Source: Bacteroidota bacterium | GTDB lineage: Bacteria > Bacteroidota > Bacteroidia > NS11-12g > UBA955 | Length of the DNA: 64,000 bases | Assembly (NCBI GenBank): GCA_016868785.1 | Contig: VGFS01000003.1 | Coordinates: 9,716-73,715 of the forward strand | Reading direction: 5' to 3' | Shown here: positions 9,890 to 17,095 of the stretch, piece after piece | Layout of the letters: the number at the start of each line of letters is the position of its first letter | Position numbering within the stretch: the first letter of the stretch is position 1 | Position numbers and translations under genes: made by a program | Notes under the pieces: generated by a model | The model's database searches: none | The model's input: only the letters and a program-made list of their open reading frames with translations | What the model was told of the DNA's origin: nothing

Positions 9890-10462
9890 ATGGAAAAAAG
9901 CTTGAACGACATCGTTACCATTTACGCGGAAGCCACGCCCAATCCCGAGAGCATGAAGTTTGTTGCCAACAAAATGTTGTTGCCAAACGACAGTGCTGAT
10001 TTCAGAAATGCTGAAAAGGCAGAAGAGGGTGGGGCCTTGGTAAAGGCGTTGTTTGAGATGCCTTTTGTAAAAGGGGTGTTTATCATGAACAACTTTGTAA
10101 GCATCACCAAGAATGAAGATTACGAATGGTTTGATTTGATTCCTGATTTGCGCAATTTCTTTACAGAATGGATTGAGCAAGGAAAAGAGATTGTGGCGCC
10201 GAAGGCGCAGTTGACCCCCGAGCAAGAAACGGAAATTGAGCGCAAGATTCGCCAATTGTTGGAGGATCACGTTCGTCCGGCCGTAGAGATGGACGGGGGT
10301 GCTATTGATTTCAAGAGTTTTGTGGATGGCGTAGTTACCGTACAAATGAAGGGGAGCTGCAGTGGATGTCCCAGTAGCACCATGACATTAAAAGCGGGAA
10401 TTGAAAACTTGTTGAAGCGCATGGTGCCTGAGGTTTTGGCTGTTGAGGCCGAAGCCGTTTAA
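9890..10462 (+). CDS. NifU/Nfu-type Fe-S cluster scaffold protein (Nfu_N plus NifU C-terminal domain)
   Basis: TPNPESMKF N-domain and a CSGCPSSTMTLKAGIE C-domain. Confidence 0.85.
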   Translation: MEKSLNDIVTIYAEATPNPESMKFVANKMLLPNDSADFRNAEKAEEGGALVKALFEMPFVKGVFIMNNFVSITKNEDYEWFDLIPDLRNFFTEWIEQGKEIVAPKAQLTPEQETEIERKIRQLLEDHVRPAVEMDGGAIDFKSFVDGVVTVQMKGSCSGCPSSTMTLKAGIENLLKRMVPEVLAVEAEAV

Positions 10463-10492
10463 TGCGAAATTCAATACACGTTTATTTAATGA

Positions 10493-10530
10493 TGTGAATT
10501 TTCCAAACTGCTTGGGAATCACACAATTTT
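10493..10530 (+). terminator. Candidate terminator hairpin after the Nfu gene
   Basis: Imperfect 12-bp stem (TGTGA..TTTCCAA / TTGGGAA..TCACA, 2-nt bulge, loop ACTGC) followed by CAATTTT. It lies 30 nt after the stop. Confidence 0.4.
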
Positions 10531-10570
10531 CAGACATATTTGCTTTTTAACGAAAGAAAGCAAAGATTTT

Positions 10571-12460
10571 ATGTCTCAAGTAATACAGAAGCCGGAACCG
10601 GATTTTAAATCACTTCACGAATTTTACGTACATGCAGCCACAAAGATTCATTCTTTGGATTCTGCGGTCATGTTTGCCAAGGAAAAAGGCGATTGGGAAA
10701 AATACACCTACCAAGATGTTTTGGATGCTGTTGCCCAAATCGGGTCTTGGTTGATGGAGTTGGGGTTGGAAAAAGGCGATCGCGTGGCGATGGTGTTAGA
10801 CAACTGTCCCGAATACTATTTTATTGATCAGACGTTGCAGAAGTTGGGGTTGATTAACGTATCGATATATCCCACACTCACCCATGAAGAAACGGCCTAC
10901 ATCCTCAATGATAGCGGTGCCAAAGTATTGTTTGTGGGCAATGCCTTTTTGCTGAAGAAGTTTAAAAAGGTACAATCGGAGTGCAACACGGTCACCAAGG
11001 TGGTCTGCATGCCATCTGATTTGGAATCTGGGGGGATATTCACAGATTTTTCATCGGTGAGGGTAGAGGGAGAATCGCTCCGCAGTAAGCATGCGGAAGC
11101 CATTGAAGCGCGATTTGCCTCAGTGGAGAAAACCGATTTGTCTACATTTATTTATACCAGTGGAACCACAGGGATGCCCAAGGGGGTGATGTTAACGCAT
11201 TACAACTTCATGAGTAACTGTTACGATGCCAAAGATTTGTGTCCGGCCATCACCTCGGAAGATTTGTATTTGAGTTTCTTGCCATTGAGCCACGTATTTG
11301 AGCGATTGGCGACGATGTATTTGAGTACGTATATTGGGGCTCAGGTTGCCTTTGCAGAGAACATCGACAAAGTAGCCCAGAATATTCAGGAGATGCGCCC
11401 TACATTGATGGCCGCGGTGCCTCGTTTGTTGGAGCGGGTGCACGACAAGGTGTACAAGAGTGCCACGGAAAAGGGTGGAGCCAGCGCTAAGATATTCTTG
11501 TGGGCGTTGAAAGTGGGTGGCGAGGCTAGGGTTCGTCGCGACCAAGGAAAAATGGTAGGTCCTTTGTTGGCATTGCAAGTGGGCATTGCTGAAAAGTTGG
11601 TGTATTCCAAGATCAAGGCCAAGATGGGTGGTCGTTTGAAGATGTTTGTGAGCGGGGCCGGTGCTTTGCCTGTGCATGTGGGTGAGTTTTTTGCGAATTT
11701 GGGCATGCGGGTTCAGGAGGGCTATGGCTTGAGCGAAACGAGTCCGCTGGTTTCCGTGAATGAGTTTGAGCGACAAGTATACGGAACAGTGGGAAGGGTA
11801 GCGCCAAGGCAGCAAGTAGCGATTCAGGATATCGAAACCAAAAAAATATTGGCTTTGCAAACGTACGATTCATTTGATCCCACTTATGCGAGTGAGGAGG
11901 GAGAAATTTTGGTAAAAGGTCCGAACGTAATGCAAGGATATTGGAATAGACCGGAGGCCACTGCTGAAGTTTTTGACGAGGAGGGTTGGTTCCACACGGG
12001 AGATATCGGTAAGTTTGATCGTGGCTACTTGAAGATTACGGACCGATTGAAAAATATGTTGAAGACATCGTTGGGTAAGAACATTTATCCAACCCAAATT
12101 GAGAACGTATTGTTGCGCAGTCCCAAATTGGAGCAGGTGTTTATCATCGGCGACAAGCGGGAATATCTCACGGCGATCATTCACCCAAACATGGAGGAAT
12201 TAAAATCGGCGTTTGGGGGTAGGAAAGATTATTTCGAGGTGAGTGATCCATTCATTCAGGATGATGAAATTAAAAAGTGGATGCAGGAAGATGTGAAAAA
12301 GTTGAGTGAAAAGTTGGCGAAGTTCGAGCGCATCAAGGATTTTATTGTCAAGCGGGAGCCATTCAGTGTAGAGGCGGGCGACATGACCATCACGCTCAAA
12401 GTAAAGCGCAAGGTGGTGATGGAGAAATACGCCGATGAAATTGAGGCGATGTACGTTTAG
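10571..12460 (+). CDS. fadD: Long-chain fatty acid--CoA ligase (AMP-dependent synthetase)
   Basis: AMP-binding signature YTSGTTGMPKGVMLTH, plus GYGLSET and GWFHTGDIG. Confidence 0.9.
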   Translation: MSQVIQKPEPDFKSLHEFYVHAATKIHSLDSAVMFAKEKGDWEKYTYQDVLDAVAQIGSWLMELGLEKGDRVAMVLDNCPEYYFIDQTLQKLGLINVSIYPTLTHEETAYILNDSGAKVLFVGNAFLLKKFKKVQSECNTVTKVVCMPSDLESGGIFTDFSSVRVEGESLRSKHAEAIEARFASVEKTDLSTFIYTSGTTGMPKGVMLTHYNFMSNCYDAKDLCPAITSEDLYLSFLPLSHVFERLATMYLSTYIGAQVAFAENIDKVAQNIQEMRPTLMAAVPRLLERVHDKVYKSATEKGGASAKIFLWALKVGGEARVRRDQGKMVGPLLALQVGIAEKLVYSKIKAKMGGRLKMFVSGAGALPVHVGEFFANLGMRVQEGYGLSETSPLVSVNEFERQVYGTVGRVAPRQQVAIQDIETKKILALQTYDSFDPTYASEEGEILVKGPNVMQGYWNRPEATAEVFDEEGWFHTGDIGKFDRGYLKITDRLKNMLKTSLGKNIYPTQIENVLLRSPKLEQVFIIGDKREYLTAIIHPNMEELKSAFGGRKDYFEVSDPFIQDDEIKKWMQEDVKKLSEKLAKFERIKDFIVKREPFSVEAGDMTITLKVKRKVVMEKYADEIEAMYV

Positions 12461-13095
12461 AAGACCCTGATCCAAACATAGAGGATCAAGAAGAACCCCA
12501 GCTGGATAAGATACATGGCCCCGGCCATTTTATTCCGTTGGGGTTTTGTATTTAGGTGCAGCAATAATTGGAACAGGAAAGCCGCAATGAACCACGCGAT
12601 GTAGTTTTGTACGGGGACAATCCCGCGGTGCCAATGCCAGAAGTCGTACCGCATGGCTACAGGTTCCAAGAAGAAATCGTAGAGGGTCATGAGGCTAGCG
12701 CCGAGGAACGAGGCGCCATAGGGGTTGCTAAAGCGACCTGCGAGCAAGCTTGAGGTGAAGAATACGAGCGCAGCCCAGTTGAGTCCGATGAGGTAGGGAA
12801 CGCCCTGCCAGCCGCGACCGAGGGTTTTTCCATAGTGGTAGCTGCCGAAAATTTTGCCCGTTGTTACGCCTGCATATTCGAGGAAGAATCCTAAAGCGCC
12901 CACGGTGATGATGATGGCCACATGTTTGGCCTCCCATTTTTTGTGAAAGATCCAGGCGAAGATGAATACCGCAATGATGTTATAGGGGGTTAGCCAAATA
13001 AAGGTAGGGTTGAGGGAGGGTATGATGAATCCTGCAATGCCTACACAATAGATGATGGCGATGAGGGTGATGAAACGATTTTCTACGTTATTCAT
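12457..13095 (-). CDS. Polytopic membrane protein, carotenoid-biosynthesis (DUF422/CruF-like) family suspected
   Basis: About 7 hydrophobic helices with FLEPVAMRYDFWHWH near the C-terminus. Both 13158 and 13095 are ATG. The -7 box at 13110-13117 favours 13095 (MNNVENRF...). Family call is from memory. Confidence 0.6.
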   Translation of the reverse strand: MNNVENRFITLIAIIYCVGIAGFIIPSLNPTFIWLTPYNIIAVFIFAWIFHKKWEAKHVAIIITVGALGFFLEYAGVTTGKIFGSYHYGKTLGRGWQGVPYLIGLNWAALVFFTSSLLAGRFSNPYGASFLGASLMTLYDFFLEPVAMRYDFWHWHRGIVPVQNYIAWFIAAFLFQLLLHLNTKPQRNKMAGAMYLIQLGFFLILYVWIRVF

Positions 13096-13109
13096 GGTAT
13101 TGGGTATTG

Positions 13110-13117
13110 CAAAGGTA
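13110..13117 (-). promoter_or_regulatory. -7 box TACCTTTG, 14 nt upstream of ATG 13095
   Basis: Exact TAnnTTTG match on the minus strand. Confidence 0.45.
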
Positions 13118-13201
13118 TCCCAGCGCAGCAACAAAAATGGCCCAATTTGCCAACACATACCAGTGAGTATGGTCGTTTTTGGACGAGATTTCTAACATGA
13201 C

Positions 13202-13338
13202 CCTAACATTTGATGTGAGATGTGATGGATTTGTGGGCGCATTTTTTATCGCTTTTTGGGGATGAAATTTGTGTTAAGGATGCAATATTTTTCGTCTTTT
13301 TTGGGTCAAAAATCTCACATTTTGGCCTTAATGTTAGG
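13202..13338. repeat. Long-range inverted repeat enclosing two ~22-nt direct repeats in a divergent promoter region
   Basis: CCTAACATT (13202-13210) pairs with AATGTTAGG (13330-13338). TGTGAGAT (13214-13221) pairs with ATCTCACA (13312-13319). Inside are ATTTTTTATCGCTTTTTGGGG (~13240) and ATATTTTTCGTCTTTTTTGGGT (~13284). A T5 run follows the right arm. Confidence 0.6.
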
Positions 13339-13438
13339 TTTTTGTTAAATTAATTCATTGAAAATCAATGACTTGATAGTTTTGGTTGTTTTTTTACATT
13401 TTTTTTAAAATTTTCTTTGCAGTTTGTGAAATCGCCTC

Positions 13439-13446
13439 TATTTTTG
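13439..13446 (+). promoter_or_regulatory. -7 box TATTTTTG with a -33-like TTTG at 13416-13419 (19-nt spacer), 27 nt upstream of ATG 13474
   Basis: Full match to the TTTG-N19-TAnnTTTG promoter architecture. Confidence 0.6.
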
Positions 13447-13473
13447 TATCACACTTAATAGGAAACAAACAAA

Positions 13474-13692
13474 ATGAAAAAAATCACTTTCGCCGTTGCT
13501 GCTTGCGCCATGTTCGCGTTCGCTGCTTGCTCTAACTCAGCTGAAACTGCTGCTACTGATTCTACCGCTACTGATTCTACCGCTGTTGTAGATTCTACTG
13601 CTACTGATTCTGCTGCTACTGATTCAGCTGCTGCTCCTGCTGAAGCTGCTGCTCCTGCTGAAGCTGCTGCTCCTGCTGAAGCTGCTAAGTAA
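13474..13692 (+). CDS. Small repetitive acidic lipoprotein (72 aa) carrying five tandem D-S-(T/A) sequons and (APAEAA)x3
   Basis: Signal peptide with lipobox (MKKITFAVAACAMFAFAA|C). The mature chain is CSNSAETAATDSTATDSTAVVDSTATDSAATDSAAAPAEAAAPAEAAAPAEAAK. It is flanked by a consensus promoter and a strong terminator. Confidence 0.75.
   Translation: MKKITFAVAACAMFAFAACSNSAETAATDSTATDSTAVVDSTATDSAATDSAAAPAEAAAPAEAAAPAEAAK
13546..13686 (+). repeat. In-frame tandem repeats: 12-nt GCTACTGATTCT-like units, then a perfect 18-nt unit GCTGCTGCTCCTGCTGAA x3 (13627-13680)
   Basis: Read directly from the sequence. Every Ala codon in the repeats is GCT. Confidence 0.9.
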
Positions 13693-13711
13693 TCAGTTCT
13701 TGAAATTTTAA

Positions 13712-13742
13712 AAGGTGTTTGGAAACAAACACCTTTTTTTTT
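13712..13742 (+). terminator. Rho-independent terminator
   Basis: AAGGTGTTTG-GAAA-CAAACACCTT stem-loop followed by a T9 run, 20 nt after the stop of the small lipoprotein gene. Confidence 0.85.
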
Positions 13743-13754
13743 AACTTTTTTCTC

Positions 13755-14129
13755 ATGAACCGCATTTGGACGTTAATCATCGTGTTTTTAGCGCTAGCCA
13801 TCGGCAGCACGGAAGCCGTTGCACGCCCAGATTTGCCGCCGGCCGACGTAGCCGGACAAGGTCCAACCTTTACCCTGAACCCCAACCCCGTTACCGGTTC
13901 TTATTTCTACGTAAACTTACAGTTCACCGAAGCCCAATATCCAGACGCAGTGATTATCGTCAACGATGTTTTGGGTAAAGTGGTTTATTCTTACCCAATC
14001 CGCAAGTCGGATTATACCACTGGTCAGGTAAGAATTGATTTGGGTGACGCTATGCTAGACAAAGGCGTTTACTTCTTGCAAATCAAGAGTGGTGATTCCA
14101 CCAAAACATTGAAGTTGGCTATTCGCTAA
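13755..14129 (+). CDS. Signal peptide plus T9SS C-terminal sorting domain only (cargo-less CTD protein, 124 aa)
   Basis: ATG 13755 gives MNRIWTLIIVFLALAIGSTEA. About 17 aa later comes FTLNPNPVTGSYFYVNL...VNDVLGKVVYS...KGVYFLQIKSGDSTKTLKLAIR, which fits the T9SS type-A CTD. The ORF-track start at 13719 is TTG and sits inside the terminator hairpin. Confidence 0.75.
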   Translation: MNRIWTLIIVFLALAIGSTEAVARPDLPPADVAGQGPTFTLNPNPVTGSYFYVNLQFTEAQYPDAVIIVNDVLGKVVYSYPIRKSDYTTGQVRIDLGDAMLDKGVYFLQIKSGDSTKTLKLAIR

Positions 14130-14132
14130 TCA

Positions 14133-14582
14133 GTGTCGGTTTCCATCCGTCTATCCAAACCCTCTGATGTCGCTGTGATGATGCAGCTCATTTATGAATT
14201 GGCCGTATTTGAAAAAGCGCCCAACGAAGTGGTGGCGACAGAGCAAACCCTTCTAGAGTACGGATTTCAGGCTAATCCTCTGTTTGTGTCTTGGGTTGCC
14301 GAGCAACAAGGTACGATCGTAGGCATGGCGCTGTGTTACATCCGCTATTCTACATGGAAAGGTCCTGTTCTATACCTAGAAGACTTAATTGTTACAGAAC
14401 CCTTCCGTGGTAAAGGCATCGGCAAAGCCCTGTTTGAGGTTTGTGTCCAACATGCCCGGGCAAAACAGTATCGAAAAATGGTTTGGCAAGTATTGGATTG
14501 GAATACCCCGGCCATCGATTTTTATAAAGGATATGGGGCCAACATGGACCCTGAATGGCTGAATGCTTCCATCGATTTCTAA
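14133..14582 (+). CDS. GNAT family N-acetyltransferase
   Basis: LEDLIVTEPFRGKGIGKALF acetyl-CoA binding motif. GTG start. Confidence 0.85.
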   Translation: MSVSIRLSKPSDVAVMMQLIYELAVFEKAPNEVVATEQTLLEYGFQANPLFVSWVAEQQGTIVGMALCYIRYSTWKGPVLYLEDLIVTEPFRGKGIGKALFEVCVQHARAKQYRKMVWQVLDWNTPAIDFYKGYGANMDPEWLNASIDF

Positions 14583-14600
14583 CGAAATTTTTACTGCCCC

Positions 14601-15260
14601 ATGTTGAATCAGCGAACGCCTTCTATTATTGCCATTCTATTGGTGTTTCTCAGTCTGTTGCTCGTGTATCGCTGTGGAACACCTACTTTTATGGGTTCGT
14701 TTTCTTGGGCGATAGTACCGCTGAATATCTATCAATGGAAAGGCATTTGGTTGGGTGCGTTTGTGCACGGCTCGTGGGATCATTTGTGGGGTAACCTCAT
14801 TGCACTAGCCATATTTTCTGCCCTATTCCTGATTCAGTTTCCCACCCAATGGGTCCGATTTTGGTTGCTTCAACACCTCATTGCATCTGCGCTATTATGG
14901 TGTTTGGGCGATGTTGGCATGGATGCATCGCGCATTGGTTCGTCGCACATTGGCGCCTCCATTTGGGTATATGCATTTGGTGGATTTATACTGACTGTTG
15001 GGGTGATGCAGCGAACCAAGCAGTCTATGGCCATATTCTTTTTGGTATTGCTCATCTATGGAGGATTTTTCTGGGGATTGCTTCCAGTGGATCCGAAAGT
15101 TTCTTGGCAAGGCCACGTAAGTGGATTGGTTACGGGTGTTTTGATCGCGCTGTGGAAAGCCAATCAATGGTTGCCACCCCAGGAACTGTTGTCGGAATCA
15201 GACGCTGATGAAGAACCCAACGAAGATGCTGAATGGGAAGACCCCTACGAAAATTTGTAA
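14601..15260 (+). CDS. Rhomboid family intramembrane serine protease
   Basis: HGSWDHLWGNL and GSSHIGASIWVYAFGG (GxSxG-type) motifs, six hydrophobic helices, and an acidic C-terminal tail. Confidence 0.8.
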   Translation: MLNQRTPSIIAILLVFLSLLLVYRCGTPTFMGSFSWAIVPLNIYQWKGIWLGAFVHGSWDHLWGNLIALAIFSALFLIQFPTQWVRFWLLQHLIASALLWCLGDVGMDASRIGSSHIGASIWVYAFGGFILTVGVMQRTKQSMAIFFLVLLIYGGFFWGLLPVDPKVSWQGHVSGLVTGVLIALWKANQWLPPQELLSESDADEEPNEDAEWEDPYENL

Positions 15261-16493
15261 TTAGAGCCAGAGCAAAATGCCGGCTATTGTTGCGCTAAGG
15301 TAATTGGCCAATGTACCGCAAATCAAAGCTTTTACGCCCAATTTGGCGAGGTCTTGTCGTCGCGAAGGCGCAATTTTTCCAATCCCACCAACCTGAATGG
15401 CGATGGAGCTAAAATTGGCAAAACCACACAAGGCAAACGTGGCAATGACCACACTTACAGGTTGGAGGGTTCCGGCGATGTCTTTCAAATGCAAGTATCC
15501 CACAAATTCATTGACAACGAGCTTTGTGCCCATCAATCCGCCGACCGCTTGTACATCTTGACTGGGAACACCCATGATGTAGGCGAAGCCCGAAAATAAG
15601 TAGCCGAGTAGGGTTTCTAGGGAGAGTTTTAGGCCCATCAATCCACCGATACTTCCAAGGATGAAATCGAACAGGTAAATCAATGCCAAAAATCCGAGCA
15701 ACATGGCCACCACGTTTAACGCCACACCCAAGCCTTCGGATGCACCTTGCGATATAGCGTCGAGCAGATTGGCATTCTCTTTTTTAACTTCCAATTTTAC
15801 GGTGCCGGCGGTTTCACTCACTTCGGTCTCGGGCCAAACAATTTTGGAGATGACCAAAGCACCGGGGGCTGCCATGATACTGGCTGCAAGCAAACTACTG
15901 GCATCGATGCCCATTTGGATGTAGGTAGCCATCACACCGCCTGCGATACAAGCCATGGACCCCGTCATAGAGGCCAGCAATTCGCTGTTGGTCATTCCTT
16001 TTACATACGGACCAATCATCAGCTGCGCTTCTACCTGTCCCACAAACGCAGAAGAAATATTACTCAATGCTTCACTACCGCTTACGTTCATCAGGTAGTG
16101 CATGCCCTTGGCAATTTGTTTGATGATCCACTGCAAAACCCCGATGTGGTATAATATTTTCACCAGCACCGCGATAAATATAATGGTGGGCATCACCCTG
16201 AAAAAGAAGATGAAATTCTGTCCAAACACCTCCTGCATTTGTGCATCGCGAGCTAGCGGACCAAAGATAAATTCTGCGCCTTTGTCGGAGAATTGCAGCA
16301 GCTTTTGGACAACTTTCCCCAATGTGGCAAAGACCGATTTGCCGACGGGAGTTTTTAATATGAATATTGCCAGCAATACTTGAATTAACAGACCCACACC
16401 GATGGTTCTGTAGTTGATGGCTTTGCGGTCGTTTGATAGGGCGAACGCCAGGGCAAAAATGAAGACGATACCGATGATTCCGATAAAATGCAT
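15261..16493 (-). CDS. nupC: NupC/CNT family nucleoside transporter
   Basis: Polytopic membrane protein with the typical N-terminus (IIGIVFIFALAFALSNDRKAINYR) and C-terminal half of concentrative nucleoside transporters. Confidence 0.85.
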   Translation of the reverse strand: MHFIGIIGIVFIFALAFALSNDRKAINYRTIGVGLLIQVLLAIFILKTPVGKSVFATLGKVVQKLLQFSDKGAEFIFGPLARDAQMQEVFGQNFIFFFRVMPTIIFIAVLVKILYHIGVLQWIIKQIAKGMHYLMNVSGSEALSNISSAFVGQVEAQLMIGPYVKGMTNSELLASMTGSMACIAGGVMATYIQMGIDASSLLAASIMAAPGALVISKIVWPETEVSETAGTVKLEVKKENANLLDAISQGASEGLGVALNVVAMLLGFLALIYLFDFILGSIGGLMGLKLSLETLLGYLFSGFAYIMGVPSQDVQAVGGLMGTKLVVNEFVGYLHLKDIAGTLQPVSVVIATFALCGFANFSSIAIQVGGIGKIAPSRRQDLAKLGVKALICGTLANYLSATIAGILLWL

Positions 16494-16509
16494 TCCGACA
16501 ATATTACAA

Positions 16510-17091
16510 TTAATTCGAGTAACCTAGACCCACTTCAATCGAATCTATGAGAGAGTGAATGACTTTGATGTGTATTTCCTGGGCACGGTCGGCATAGGTG
16601 GAATGGGGTGCGCGGATTTCAATGTCTACGAGGCCTGCCATTTTTCCGCCGTCTTTTCCTGTAAGTCCTACCACGGTAATCCCCTTGGCTTTTGCGGTTT
16701 CGATGGCTTTGATGACATTTACACTGTTGCCACTGCTACTGATGGCCAACAAAACATCGCCTTTACGTCCAACCGCCTCAATATAACGAGAAAAGATTTG
16801 GTCGTATCCATAGTCGTTACCCACGCAGCTAATATGACTCACATCGCTGATGGCAATGGCTGCGATCGCGGGACGATTGTCTCGGTACCTGCCGGTTAAT
16901 TCCTCGGCAAAATGCATGGCATCGCAGTGGCTGCCGCCGTTTCCGCACGACATGATTTTTCCGCCTTGTTGAATGGCCTCTATCATGGCTGTTGCAGCGC
17001 GGTCGATGTGGTTCATCTGGGTCTCGTCTTCAAGGAAACGTTGCAGTGTTTGCAAGGCTTCTTGGAAGTGCGATAGGATGCGAGGATTCAT
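16510..17091 (-). CDS. gmhA: D-sedoheptulose-7-phosphate isomerase (SIS domain, GmhA-like)
   Basis: [23 protein letters not shown] and [13 protein letters not shown] motifs. Confidence 0.8.
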   Translation of the reverse strand: MNPRILSHFQEALQTLQRFLEDETQMNHIDRAATAMIEAIQQGGKIMSCGNGGSHCDAMHFAEELTGRYRDNRPAIAAIAISDVSHISCVGNDYGYDQIFSRYIEAVGRKGDVLLAISSSGNSVNVIKAIETAKAKGITVVGLTGKDGGKMAGLVDIEIRAPHSTYADRAQEIHIKVIHSLIDSIEVGLGYSN

Positions 17092-17095
17092 GGTT

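Noticed and set aside
10493-10523. TGTGA...TCACA inverted repeat upstream of fadD as a CRP/FNR-like binding site.
   Set aside because: The half-site spacing is 21 nt, not the 6 nt of CRP-type sites. The element folds into a 12-bp hairpin followed by a short T run just after the Nfu stop. A terminator is the simpler reading.
16510-17091. Orphan GmhA-like phosphoheptose isomerase between dsbD and nupC as a sign of an unusual heptose pathway.
   Set aside because: A single SIS-domain gene gives too little context, because the remaining heptose-pathway genes could be anywhere in the genome. Nothing in the sequence itself is unusual.
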